Below the pieces are notes generated by a model that worked only from the letters and a program-made list of their open reading frames with translations, was not told where the DNA came from and made no database searches. Shown one piece after another: positions 10,471 to 20,060 of a stretch of 64,000 nucleotides of DNA. The DNA is from Candidatus Omnitrophota bacterium. Lineage in GTDB: Bacteria; Omnitrophota; Gorgyraeia; Zapsychrales; JANLHA01. The first letter of the stretch is position 1; each line of letters begins with the position of its first letter. A program made the position numbers and the translations under genes. The stretch covers positions 6,726 through 70,725 of the forward strand of contig JBFMEN010000062.1 in assembly GCA_040753435.1 (NCBI GenBank), in the 5' to 3' direction.

Positions 10471-10662
10471 ATGGATGAACAGCGCCTTAAACAATTGGCC
10501 CTGGTCAGGGGGATTTGCGTGGGTTGGCTTGTGCTGATCACCGGATGCGCGATCCTCGGCCTTGCAACCGCGAATCTTTTCTGGCGGGATGCGGCCATTT
10601 TTCTTGCTGTCGTCGGTCTGACAGGCCTGACCTTTTCTCTTCAAAAGATAATTCAAAAATAA
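10471..10662 (+). CDS. Small two-TM membrane protein (hypothetical)
   Basis: 63-aa ORF directly after previous gene; two hydrophobic helices; could be spurious. Confidence 0.35.
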   Translation: MDEQRLKQLALVRGICVGWLVLITGCAILGLATANLFWRDAAIFLAVVGLTGLTFSLQKIIQK

Positions 10663-10729
10663 TGCAGAGAGAACCGTGATCGTCTCTGCCGAAACTCCCC
10701 CGGCTGGTTCCTGTCGTCACCCTGCAAAA

Positions 10730-11653
10730 TTAATGATTGATTTTTTCTGAAATCCAGTAAAGCGGGCGCTGTTTGACTTCTTTAAAGACAGTCATCAGAT
10801 ATTCGCCGAGAACGCCGATGAAGATCAACTGAAGCCCGCCGATAAAAAAGACGCCGACCAGGATGGAAGGGATGCCGGCCGGGGCTCCGTGGGCCAATTT
10901 ATCATAAATGATATAGAGAGCATACAGGACGCTTAAGGCGGCAATGAAAAATCCGAACGTTGAGCATGCGCGCAGCGGAACACTCGAGAACGAAAGCGTT
11001 CCGGTGATCGCCAGCTTAATCATTTTAATGAGACTGTATTTGGAAATCCCATTCCGGCGGGGATTTTCGCGGTACAAGATCCTGGCTTGATTAAAGCCAA
11101 TGTCCGAGACCATCCCCCGCAAAAACCGGTCGCGTTCGCGGTACTGACGCAGGCACTCAACGACCTTGCGGCTCAGCAGCCTGAAATCCGCCGCGCTGTT
11201 TACGAGATCGAGATGCGAGACGGCTCGGAGAAAACGGTAAAATAACCGGGAGGTGAGGTTTTTAAACCAGGGCATGTCCTTTTGTCTGTCCCTGACCGCG
11301 AACACGATGTCCGCGCCTTTTTCCCACGCATCCAGCATCGCCGGGATACTTTCCGGAGGATGCTGAAGATCGCTGTCCATTGTAATCACGGCCCGGCCTT
11401 CGGCATGATCAAGGCCTGCGGTCAGCGCGATCTGGTGCCCGAAATTTTTTGGAAAAAAGATCGCCTTCGCGTTTGTATGATTTTGACAAATTTCACGTAT
11501 TTTTTCCCGCGAGGAATCCGTCGACCCGTCATCGATAAACCACATTTCCCAGGTATATTTCTCCGGTATGGCGCGCCGTACCGATTCGTACAAGTCGTGA
11601 AGGTTGCCTTCTTCATTATGAACGGGGGTGACGATGGACAGATCAATTGGCAT
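10730..11653 (-). CDS. Polyprenol-phosphate glycosyltransferase, GT2 family (ArnC/GtrB/DPM1-like) with two C-terminal TM helices
   Basis: From ATG at 11653 (AGGAGG RBS upstream on - strand): MPIDLSIVTPVHNEEGNL...WFIDDGSTDSS...ITMDSDLQHPP, the GT2 DxD/DXSxD architecture, plus C-terminal hydrophobic pair as in GtrB/ArnC; the longer annotated ORF to 11797 overlaps the upstream gene and is rejected. Confidence 0.8.
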   Translation of the reverse strand: MPIDLSIVTPVHNEEGNLHDLYESVRRAIPEKYTWEMWFIDDGSTDSSREKIREICQNHTNAKAIFFPKNFGHQIALTAGLDHAEGRAVITMDSDLQHPPESIPAMLDAWEKGADIVFAVRDRQKDMPWFKNLTSRLFYRFLRAVSHLDLVNSAADFRLLSRKVVECLRQYRERDRFLRGMVSDIGFNQARILYRENPRRNGISKYSLIKMIKLAITGTLSFSSVPLRACSTFGFFIAALSVLYALYIIYDKLAHGAPAGIPSILVGVFFIGGLQLIFIGVLGEYLMTVFKEVKQRPLYWISEKINH

Positions 11654-13142
11654 AACGGATCCTCCTGAACATGACCCAGTGGTTGCTGACAAACATCGGG
11701 GACCACATCCCGCCCAGTAGTTCAAGATTCTGGTCGCCGCTGTAAGGGTTGTAAAGATAATAAAGCGTTCCCGGATCGACGATAATCTCCCTGACATTTG
11801 AAGTAAAAATAAAGTCGGGAAAGGTCTTCCCGTAATTCATGTTCGTCAGGCGCGGAATCGCGTAGCCCGGCTCAAAGGCGTTCGTCCGCACGGTTGCGCC
11901 ATTATCAATGACTTCATGTTTAAATACCGCGTTTTTAGCCATCCAGCGCTGTAGATTCATTGTGTCGTACTGGTAAGTTTCATGGTAATTCACCGCGCTT
12001 CCGCCGATAACAGTATTCAGCAGAAGGCCGGTGATTGCAAGAATAATGAAAAGTGAAACAGGAATGGTTTTTAACCGCGGGGCAAGAATCAGCGTGATGA
12101 TCAACGCGAAGAAAAGCGCGAGCGGGGTCACGTAGTGCCCCCATGAATTCCACGGCAGGATAATTATCGCGTAACCGAAATACGCAAAAAACGCCAGGAG
12201 CCGGCCGAACAATAATCCCGGATGGGAGGGCTGCTTTGCCGAGAAAGGGAACGCGATCAGCGTCAGCGCAATCCAGGGAGAATGATTTACCAAAACTTTA
12301 TTCAGCCACACCCGGAGATTAAAATTGATCCTCGCGAAATCAGTCAGTCTGTAATCTCCCGAGTAGGTGAGATCTTTTGAGATGCCGAATTTCATAATAA
12401 GAGCGTAAACAAGCGAAAGCGCAAGGATCAAGGTTCCGAGCAGGAAGACGTTTTTAAACTTTTTGAAACCTGCCAGCGCGGCAAAAACGATCATACTGGC
12501 GCCCAGGGCGATTCCGGCGGCAACAAAGGTTTCTTTGGACAGGAACGAGAGCAGCAGGAAGGCGGACGCACAAATGATTGTCGATGTTTTCAGACCTGTG
12601 CGGGATGTCTCAAACACCGGCGCTAGTGATCGATAGAACAGCAGGAATGCCAGGCCCGAGAACAGTGAGCCAAGGATTTCTACTGTCGACAAGAAAAAAA
12701 ACGCGTCATAGAATTTATAAAAGGAAAGGGCAATCGCGATAAAAAAAGGAGCGGCATATTTTTGCCGTGAAATAACGGCCGCCAGACAGCCCCAGACGCC
12801 CAGTGTCAGTATGACTTCAAACCAGCGGAAAATCAGAAAGGCCTTGGGGCTGCTGTGAAATAACGTGTAGAAAACGGCTGCGTGCGCGTTGTAAACAGGG
12901 AAAAAACGTCCTGTCTTAAGCAGGCCCTGGATTCCGTTGACCATTTGCTGCCAGATGGTTTCGGTGGACATGATGAAGGCGTGGTCATCCATGAGTCCCC
13001 AGGCCCAAACCTTGCTGATTAATGAAGAAAGGACCAGGAACAAGGGGACGAGAGCGGGGAGCCACCAGATATTCGCGAGGGAAATATCAGGCTGTTCTTG
13101 ACGACTTTTGCCTGAGAACCAGTGTTTGATGATATTGCTCAT
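11643..13142 (-). CDS. Polytopic membrane protein, putative GT-C-fold glycosyltransferase (ArnT/PMT-like)
   Basis: 499 aa, >10 predicted TM helices, acidic motif (GLMDDHAF) in first loop as in GT-C enzymes; stop overlaps start of the GT2 gene by 11 nt (translational coupling), mirroring ArnT/ArnC or GtrC/GtrB pairing. Family assignment is by architecture only. Confidence 0.65.
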   Translation of the reverse strand: MSNIIKHWFSGKSRQEQPDISLANIWWLPALVPLFLVLSSLISKVWAWGLMDDHAFIMSTETIWQQMVNGIQGLLKTGRFFPVYNAHAAVFYTLFHSSPKAFLIFRWFEVILTLGVWGCLAAVISRQKYAAPFFIAIALSFYKFYDAFFFLSTVEILGSLFSGLAFLLFYRSLAPVFETSRTGLKTSTIICASAFLLLSFLSKETFVAAGIALGASMIVFAALAGFKKFKNVFLLGTLILALSLVYALIMKFGISKDLTYSGDYRLTDFARINFNLRVWLNKVLVNHSPWIALTLIAFPFSAKQPSHPGLLFGRLLAFFAYFGYAIIILPWNSWGHYVTPLALFFALIITLILAPRLKTIPVSLFIILAITGLLLNTVIGGSAVNYHETYQYDTMNLQRWMAKNAVFKHEVIDNGATVRTNAFEPGYAIPRLTNMNYGKTFPDFIFTSNVREIIVDPGTLYYLYNPYSGDQNLELLGGMWSPMFVSNHWVMFRRIRYAN

Positions 13143-13312
13143 GGAATGTTTTTATTATAAATAAATTTATTTTGAGGGCAAGAGAAATAGTGCTTTCGAA
13201 TGTCAGGGCAAAAATACCCCCGACATTTCTTTAATAAAAAAACTTTTATATAACCTGTTTTTTCTATACAATATCACATATTCCATTAACAGCCGCAACC
13301 ATATTTATAAAG

Positions 13313-15337
13313 ATGAAAATCAAGAATGTTCTTATTTCGTTCCTGGGATTATCGCTGATCGGGGCGCTGGCCTACCGGGTGAATATGCACGCCGGTTTCG
13401 TTTTTGACGACTATAAAGTGATCATCTTAAACCCGGCGATCAGGCACTTGACCGATATTGTTTCCATTTGGAAACATGACCCCACGCGTTTCCTGCCCGC
13501 TCTGACCTTCGCCCTGAATTACCGGATTGCGGGGTTTGAGGTGTTTTCCTATCATCTTTTTAATTTGATTCTTCACGTTCTGGGAGGATTTTGCGTCTAT
13601 TGGCTGGTCGTCTTGCTGATGAAGGCCCCGGCCCTTAAACTGGAGGACCGTGAAGACAGCCAAATCTGGCCTTTCCTGGCCGCATTGATTTTTATTATCC
13701 ATCCGGTTCAGACCAGCACGGTTTCTTATATCGTGCAGCGTTCGACGATCATGGCGGGCATTTTTTATCTTCTGGCCATGATCGGTTATTTGAAATGGAG
13801 ACTTTATCCGGGAAGATTATCATTTTATTCTGGATTTGCCGCGGCCCTTGCCAGTTCCTTTTGCAAGCCGTCGGTAATTACGTTGCCGCTGGCGCTTGTT
13901 CTGCTCGAAGTTTTCTTTTTGAAAGGTGTGGAAAAAAAACGAAAGACCGGTTGGGGAATCGCTGCATTTCTGGCAGCCGTCATGATCGTGCCCGGGCTGC
14001 TGGCTTTGTTAAAAGAGATCAGTCCTTCGATCGGGACCTTTGTATCTATCACCCGTCAGACGCCTTTTGTTTCCCGCTGGGGATACCTGACCACGCAATT
14101 CAACGTCCTGGTTTATTACATCGGCCTGTTGTTTTTTCCGATCAGCCAAAATCTGGATTATGGATTTCCGTTTACCAAAGGGCTTCTGGCCTGGCCGACC
14201 TTTTTTTCTTTCGCGGTCTTGTGGTATCTCCTTTACATGGCATACCGTTGTCGCCGGGGAAGGATGTTCAGTTTTGTCGTTCTGTGGTTTTTCGTGACAC
14301 TGCTGCCGGAATCAAGTATTTTCCCGCTTGAGGACGCGCTGTTCGAACACCGCCTGTATCTGCCCCTGGCCGGTTTCGCGCTTGCATTGTCTTATGCCGT
14401 TGTTTTTAAAATTTCATGGAAACCTGCGAGGCTCAGCGCTTCTATGGCGTTGACGTTATTCCTGGCGTTTCTGACAGTCAGCAGGAATACTGTATGGTCT
14501 GATCCCGAGGCCCTGATGAAGGATAATATTGCCAAGTCGCCGCATCATTTGCGCCCCCGGTTTAATTTGAGCAGCCATTACATTAGGGAAGGGAATTTAG
14601 ACAAAGCCCGGAAGGTTATTGAAGAGGCCGCGGCCATCGCTCCGTGGCATCCGGACAATTATTTTAAGATTGCTTATATTTACGAGCTGCAGGGGCAGTC
14701 TGAATTGGCCATGATTTATTACCGGAAAGCGATTGATCTGGATCCTGAGCATGCCAGGGGGGAGTATTATTTAAGGCTGGCTCAGTTTAATATCGGCCGG
14801 CAACGCTGGGACAAGGCCGAGCCGCTTCTGGAGGAAGCGCTTAAACGCAGCCCCAAATCAGACGTGATTCACACGGAGATGGGCAATATCAATAATCTGC
14901 AGGGTGACAGCAAAAGGGCCTTTGAACATTACCAGGAGGCCGTCGAGCTAAACCCCTACAATGAAAACGCGCTGAACGGGTTGGCCACAATTTACGTACT
15001 CAGGGGCGATTATGATCAAGGGGTCGAAATTTATGAACGATTGATCCGGCTGGCGCCTGGGATGGAACTGGCGTATGTTAATCTGGCCAAGGTGTATTTT
15101 TTGAAAAAGGATTGGGAAAAATCAAAAGAGATATTTAACAAGGCGCTTAAGATCGGAGTTGATGATCCCGAGATCCTTGTACGTCTTGCCCAGATTAATA
15201 TCAATCTCAAGAATTATTTTGAAGCCCAGGACCAGATGGCCACGGCGATCAGGACATACCGGAAGCGCGGTCTCAATGAGGTCGCGGACCAGCTTCAGCA
15301 GCAGTATTTTGCAAAGGGACTTCCGCCGGAGAGCTAA
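13313..15337 (+). CDS. TMTC-like protein: N-terminal multi-TM (DUF1736-like) domain fused to C-terminal TPR repeats
   Basis: 674 aa; ~11 TM helices with early FVFDDY motif, then >=6 TPR-like repeats (..YFKIAYIYELQGQSELAMIYYRKAIDLDP.. etc.); architecture of TMTC/PMT-2-type protein O-mannosyltransferase homologues. Confidence 0.7.
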   Translation: MKIKNVLISFLGLSLIGALAYRVNMHAGFVFDDYKVIILNPAIRHLTDIVSIWKHDPTRFLPALTFALNYRIAGFEVFSYHLFNLILHVLGGFCVYWLVVLLMKAPALKLEDREDSQIWPFLAALIFIIHPVQTSTVSYIVQRSTIMAGIFYLLAMIGYLKWRLYPGRLSFYSGFAAALASSFCKPSVITLPLALVLLEVFFLKGVEKKRKTGWGIAAFLAAVMIVPGLLALLKEISPSIGTFVSITRQTPFVSRWGYLTTQFNVLVYYIGLLFFPISQNLDYGFPFTKGLLAWPTFFSFAVLWYLLYMAYRCRRGRMFSFVVLWFFVTLLPESSIFPLEDALFEHRLYLPLAGFALALSYAVVFKISWKPARLSASMALTLFLAFLTVSRNTVWSDPEALMKDNIAKSPHHLRPRFNLSSHYIREGNLDKARKVIEEAAAIAPWHPDNYFKIAYIYELQGQSELAMIYYRKAIDLDPEHARGEYYLRLAQFNIGRQRWDKAEPLLEEALKRSPKSDVIHTEMGNINNLQGDSKRAFEHYQEAVELNPYNENALNGLATIYVLRGDYDQGVEIYERLIRLAPGMELAYVNLAKVYFLKKDWEKSKEIFNKALKIGVDDPEILVRLAQININLKNYFEAQDQMATAIRTYRKRGLNEVADQLQQQYFAKGLPPES

Positions 15338-15355
15338 TAACTGGCAGCGTGCATC

Positions 15356-16003
15356 TCATCCGCCCAGCGTCACATCCTGCGTGTTATACCATTCCAATGC
15401 CTTAAAAAAGTGGTCCGGTTTGAAATCCGGCCAGTAATCATCGATGACGTAAATGTCCGAGTAAACCGTTTGAACCGGAAGGAATCCGCTCAAACGCCGT
15501 CGTCCTCCCCAGCGTATGATGAGCTCAATGCGCGAAATGTCCGCCGAATTTAAATGTTTGCCGATATTGCGGCTGGTAATTTTGCGCTCCGGCTTGTTAA
15601 GGTTTGCCAGGTCCCATTGCCAGCCGTAGTTCACAAGGAAGTTCACCTTGATCCCGCCATTACCGAAATGGATTCTTTTCGTGAAAGGAAGAAGCTGCCT
15701 GGGAAATTTCGGGGAACTGGTGTCTCCGATGACCAGGAGCGAGGCGTTATCGTGTGACAACAGTTCAACGGCCTTGACGCAGGCTTTTGTAAAGGCCGTT
15801 GTCTGCTCCGAAGAGCGTTTTGTGTTGTCAACGGTGAACCCGTAAAAGGTCATTTCCCTGATGCCGGTTTCCTTGCATAATTTGAAGAGCTGAAGGCCGG
15901 GCATGAGACCGTTTTCGTAGCCGTCTTCTTTCGGGGATCCGCGCCGCTCTGCCCAGCGCCGGTTTCCGTCAGGGATAATGCCTATGTGCCCGGGAATTCT
16001 CAT
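15356..16003 (-). CDS. uppS: Isoprenyl transferase (cis-prenyltransferase, undecaprenyl-diphosphate synthase family)
   Basis: HIGIIPDGNRRWA motif and ...FLPVQTVYSDIYVIDDYWPDF.. C-terminal block typical of UPP synthase family; 215 aa (short). Confidence 0.8.
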   Translation of the reverse strand: MRIPGHIGIIPDGNRRWAERRGSPKEDGYENGLMPGLQLFKLCKETGIREMTFYGFTVDNTKRSSEQTTAFTKACVKAVELLSHDNASLLVIGDTSSPKFPRQLLPFTKRIHFGNGGIKVNFLVNYGWQWDLANLNKPERKITSRNIGKHLNSADISRIELIIRWGGRRRLSGFLPVQTVYSDIYVIDDYWPDFKPDHFFKALEWYNTQDVTLGG

Positions 16004-16122
16004 ATTTCATAAACTCCTTACTGGCCTTATTTTATTGAAGTCCCCGCCAAAAACAAATTCTGGATTCCGCGATTTTCCTGACTAATTCCACTTTTTCAGA
16101 TTGAAAAGATTTTTCGGGCCAA

Positions 16123-18276
16123 TTAACCCTGCGGTTCCGGCAGTCCGCCCGGCTGGTTAAATAACATAAGATGCACTGCGTAGTTCATGGCCCCGTCTTG
16201 ATGCACGTTCTGATTTATAGAGACCAAATCTTTGATTGAAAAAAATCCGTGCGTGCGGTTAAGGGTGATGAGAGGCGTTCCTTTTCCGGAAATGATGACG
16301 CGGTTTCCTTTCAGCGCGATTTCGGGCTTTTCATTATAAAGAAGAACCGGACACAGGTCTTCGACAGCGGGAAGCCAGGTTTTCCCGTCGGAATAGTCCA
16401 CTGGAACAACGTGGCGCAGGCGCGGGTTTAAGGGGTTCAGAATCATCTTGAGCCCGGGGCTGATGATGATTTCATTATCCTTTCCGTTGTCGAAAAAACT
16501 TTCCGCGTGGAGGATCAGAAAGTAATTAAACGCCGGCATGGCCATGGGCAGAATAAATCCTGAAGCGATCGAAACCGCCGAGCCGATTATGAGCAGCATG
16601 GCCATCAGCATTTCGATGTTCAGGGTTGCAATCCCGAAGCCAAGCAGGAAACCTGCGGTACTAACGACAAAGGTGAAAAAATCACTGACCCCTTCCACAA
16701 GGTTGCTGTACCGCGAAAGACCGGTTTTGACAGCCTGTTCGCCGGTGATGACCTCGGCCGTCGCCAGTTCCTTCCAGTAAAGTTCCCCGTAAATGGAAAC
16801 CGCGTTGTCCATGAGCCACCATAACAGGAAGAAAATAAGGTACTGCATCGGCGTCAAACGGGGAAAAAATCTCAGCAGGGGAAGATGAAGAAACGTTTTT
16901 TCCGGGATCAGCAGGACAAAAAGAAAAACCATGATAATGTTGAGGACCGCGAAGTACCGGAAAAACCGGATGAGATTATTGTTGGCATCGTAATTCTGGA
17001 GGCGTTTTTGCCACAGGCTTCCGGAATCCTTTTGGCTGATCCGGGTATCCGCCCGCCGGTAAAAAACGACATCACGGTTCACTTCTTCCGCGATCTTCAG
17101 CCGGATGAGAGGAAGGACGTAGCGCTCCAGGACATAGGTGATGAAATAAAAAATACTGATGACAACGAAACCGGCGATCGTGATCTGCCCGGCGTAGGCG
17201 ACGATCGCGACAAAGAACACGCCCAGCAGCATCTGGCTGAAATAGGCGTAGAATAGCCAGAAACCTTCGCCGGTGCGGTAGAGAGGGCTGAAGTTAAGCG
17301 CGCGGAACCAGTACTTCACCCCGGAAGTGATGCTCAGGCGTTCCGTGACATACAAGGCGTAATAAGGCCCCTGGAAGGACAGCCCGGAATCGCCAAGCGT
17401 GCGGATCTTTCTCCAGACCCCGGCTTTTTTCAAGTCTGATTTAAATTGTGAACGCTCTTCCGAGGTTATGTGTTCCTGATTAAAGCTCGGAAGGGAAAGG
17501 CCGGTTTTGTAGGAAAGGGTCGTGTGGAACTGGTCCTGATAATGTTTGCCGGAAGAGTCCTTGGTGAAGATAAAAACAATCCTTTCCACCTCCAGGCCGA
17601 ATTCTTTGAAGACTTTGTAATAAATGAAACGCTCCGGCAGCCGCAGGGAAGGGCTCGTGGGATGTTTGATAAGGATCACGTATAATGTGTCACCCAATTT
17701 CAGCAGTTCCGCCATGGCATCGGCCTTGGGCCGTCCGTTTTTTAAACTGAATGAATGGAACAGGTAGAGAGGGGAAGAGTACTCCCCCTTGTCGTGTTCG
17801 GAAATATAGGCCTGCAAGACAGGGTTGATATCGATGATTTTTGAAATATCTTCGTGCTGGGAATCTGCCGGCCGGACGCGGGTAAAATGGCTGTATTCGC
17901 GTTGAAGTTTCTTGGAAAAATCAGGTATGGCCAGGTTTTTAAAGCCGTCGGTTTTGCGGCTTTGGCGCCATTTCAGAATAACGGCGAGAATGACCGCCGT
18001 GAGAGCCAGACCGGCGATGATGGAGGCAATCCCGCCGAGTTTGAGGAAATCCTGGCTGTTTTCAGAGGAAATAATGTTAAGAAGGCTTGAATTGCCGGAA
18101 AAAAAGGAAAAGAAATTTTCGATGATATTGTCGAACATAAATGTTTTCTTGCCCGCTAAAAAGTGTTTTCCGCTTTCGGGGAGGCCTATTATAACAGAAA
18201 AACCGGCCGGGGGAAACAAAGCCAGGCGAAAGCGCCGCGTGTTTTTGTCCGGAAAAATGCGGATCAGACCTGACAT
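16123..18276 (-). CDS. Large polytopic membrane protein, function unknown
   Basis: 717-aa ORF (alternative start ATG 18138 gives 671 aa); one N-terminal TM, ~230-aa loop, ~8 TM helices, ~110-aa C-terminal soluble domain; no family recognised. Confidence 0.6.
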   Translation of the reverse strand: MSGLIRIFPDKNTRRFRLALFPPAGFSVIIGLPESGKHFLAGKKTFMFDNIIENFFSFFSGNSSLLNIISSENSQDFLKLGGIASIIAGLALTAVILAVILKWRQSRKTDGFKNLAIPDFSKKLQREYSHFTRVRPADSQHEDISKIIDINPVLQAYISEHDKGEYSSPLYLFHSFSLKNGRPKADAMAELLKLGDTLYVILIKHPTSPSLRLPERFIYYKVFKEFGLEVERIVFIFTKDSSGKHYQDQFHTTLSYKTGLSLPSFNQEHITSEERSQFKSDLKKAGVWRKIRTLGDSGLSFQGPYYALYVTERLSITSGVKYWFRALNFSPLYRTGEGFWLFYAYFSQMLLGVFFVAIVAYAGQITIAGFVVISIFYFITYVLERYVLPLIRLKIAEEVNRDVVFYRRADTRISQKDSGSLWQKRLQNYDANNNLIRFFRYFAVLNIIMVFLFVLLIPEKTFLHLPLLRFFPRLTPMQYLIFFLLWWLMDNAVSIYGELYWKELATAEVITGEQAVKTGLSRYSNLVEGVSDFFTFVVSTAGFLLGFGIATLNIEMLMAMLLIIGSAVSIASGFILPMAMPAFNYFLILHAESFFDNGKDNEIIISPGLKMILNPLNPRLRHVVPVDYSDGKTWLPAVEDLCPVLLYNEKPEIALKGNRVIISGKGTPLITLNRTHGFFSIKDLVSINQNVHQDGAMNYAVHLMLFNQPGGLPEPQG

Positions 18277-18433
18277 GGACAGGTCTGATTCCTTTTTTTC
18301 CTGTTTTCATTTTCGTTTTTCGCTGGTATTGTAATGTTAATCATTTTAAAAGACACGCTGTCCGCGGGTGATGGCAGGTACGCTGGAGACGAATCGCCTC
18401 GATCCCGCGCAAATCTAAAAGGAGGGGATTATT

Positions 18434-18991
18434 ATGTGGATTGTCCTTGGTATCGCCGCAATTATTTTTATTTCCGCAGTCTCGATGTACAACTCGCTCA
18501 TCGGTAAGCGCAATCAGGTGCAGAATATTTTCGCCGGTATCGATGCTGTTCTCAAAAAACGTTACGACCTTGTGCCCAACCTTGTGGCCGCCGTCAAGAA
18601 TTACATGCAGCATGAGGCCGGAGTTCTGACCGGGATCACCGGGCTCCGTGCCAAAGCGGTTTCCGGCGGACTTTCCGACAATGAAAAGGTCGAGCTGGAC
18701 AATAAACTGACCAAAGCCATCGGCGGCATTATGGTTGCGGTCGAAAATTATCCGGACCTTAAGGCCAGCGAAAATTTTCTTCAGCTTCAGCGCTCGCTGA
18801 ACGAGATCGAGGAACAGCTTTCTGCCGCCCGCCGCGCCTACAACGCCGCGGTCACTGATTACAATAACGCCGTCGAAATGTTTCCCACCAATATTTTTGC
18901 CTCCGGGATGAACTTCAAACTCAAGCAGGTGTTTGAGATCGCCGAACAGGAGCGCCAGAATGTGGATGTGGCCGGGCTTTTTAAATCGTAG
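18434..18991 (+). CDS. lemA: LemA family protein
   Basis: 185 aa; N-terminal TM then ..YNSLIGKRNQVQNIFAGIDAVLKKRYDLVPNLV.. and ..YNNAVEMFPTNIFASGMNFK.. are LemA family blocks. Confidence 0.85.
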   Translation: MWIVLGIAAIIFISAVSMYNSLIGKRNQVQNIFAGIDAVLKKRYDLVPNLVAAVKNYMQHEAGVLTGITGLRAKAVSGGLSDNEKVELDNKLTKAIGGIMVAVENYPDLKASENFLQLQRSLNEIEEQLSAARRAYNAAVTDYNNAVEMFPTNIFASGMNFKLKQVFEIAEQERQNVDVAGLFKS

Positions 18992-19004
18992 CAGGGGATG
19001 ATCA

Positions 19005-19973
19005 ATGAAAACCCGCGAAGATTTGAAAAGTTTTTTTGATGTTGTCCTGTCGCCAGGCCTCAAGGAACTGGAAAAGAAACGCTTAAAAGTTTTGAACTCG
19101 GTTATTCTGGTTGAGGCGGGGGTATTGGCCGTCACGTTGCTTGTCGCCGGGCTTGTTTACAATTCCGGCGGAGGCGAGCCGCTGCTCTCTGTTCTCTTCA
19201 TCGGGGTACTAGTCATGGCCGGTTTGTTCGCTGTGCTCACGCACAGTTTTCGTTCTCCGTTTAAAGAAACTGTGATCAGGCCTCTGGTCCGTTTTTTCGA
19301 TGAAAGCCTGAGTTATACCCCGGATGGTTGTATTTCCTGTGACCTTTACACCTGTTCGAAATTGTTCCTGCATCATGTCGATGAATACCGCGGCGACGAC
19401 CTGGTCGAGGGTATGATCGGAAAGACCCGGGTCAAGTTCTCTGAACTTCATACGCAGTACAAGGTCGAGACGAGGGATAGTAAAGGCCGCAGACAGACCC
19501 AATGGCATACGATCTTTAAAGGGCTTTTTTTCATTGCCGACTTTAACAAGAATTTCAGCGGCCGGACCGTGGTCCTTCCGGATCAGGCCGAAAGGTGTCT
19601 CGGCGGGTTCGGAAAATTCCTGCAGTCAAAAAATGTGTCGCGGGATCCTTTGGTCAGTATGGACGACCCCGGGTTTGAAAAGGAATTTGTCGTTTACGGA
19701 ACCGATCAGATAGAGGCGCGGTACATTTTGACATCGAGTCTGATGAGCCGCGTTATGAATTTCCGGCGCAAAACCGGAAGGAATCTGTACCTGTCGTTTA
19801 TCGATTCGGCGATTTTTATCGCGATCCCGTACGCGAAAAATTTGTTTGAACCCAATATCTTCCGGACCCTGCTGGACTTTAAACCGGTCGAAGAATATTT
19901 TAATGATTTGAATACGGCATTGAGCATCGTCGAGGAACTGAACCTGAATACGCGGATCTGGAGCAAAGTATAA
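19005..19973 (+). CDS. LemA-associated membrane protein (DUF3137-like), hypothetical
   Basis: 322 aa, two N-terminal TM helices followed by soluble domain; immediately downstream of lemA; family call is from memory of LemA neighbourhoods, not verified. Confidence 0.55.
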   Translation: MKTREDLKSFFDVVLSPGLKELEKKRLKVLNSVILVEAGVLAVTLLVAGLVYNSGGGEPLLSVLFIGVLVMAGLFAVLTHSFRSPFKETVIRPLVRFFDESLSYTPDGCISCDLYTCSKLFLHHVDEYRGDDLVEGMIGKTRVKFSELHTQYKVETRDSKGRRQTQWHTIFKGLFFIADFNKNFSGRTVVLPDQAERCLGGFGKFLQSKNVSRDPLVSMDDPGFEKEFVVYGTDQIEARYILTSSLMSRVMNFRRKTGRNLYLSFIDSAIFIAIPYAKNLFEPNIFRTLLDFKPVEEYFNDLNTALSIVEELNLNTRIWSKV

Positions 19974-20060
19974 AGGAAAGCCGGACTGCGATTAATCTGA
20001 TACCGGCCGTTTCGAAATTTGGCATTTGAGGTATGGGCGGCGACTGCCCCGATTCCCCTG

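Noticed and set aside
17912-18334. 140-aa plus-strand ORF overlapping the 5' end of the large membrane protein gene
   Set aside because: Antisense to a long hydrophobic ORF, no RBS, Arg-rich low-complexity translation.
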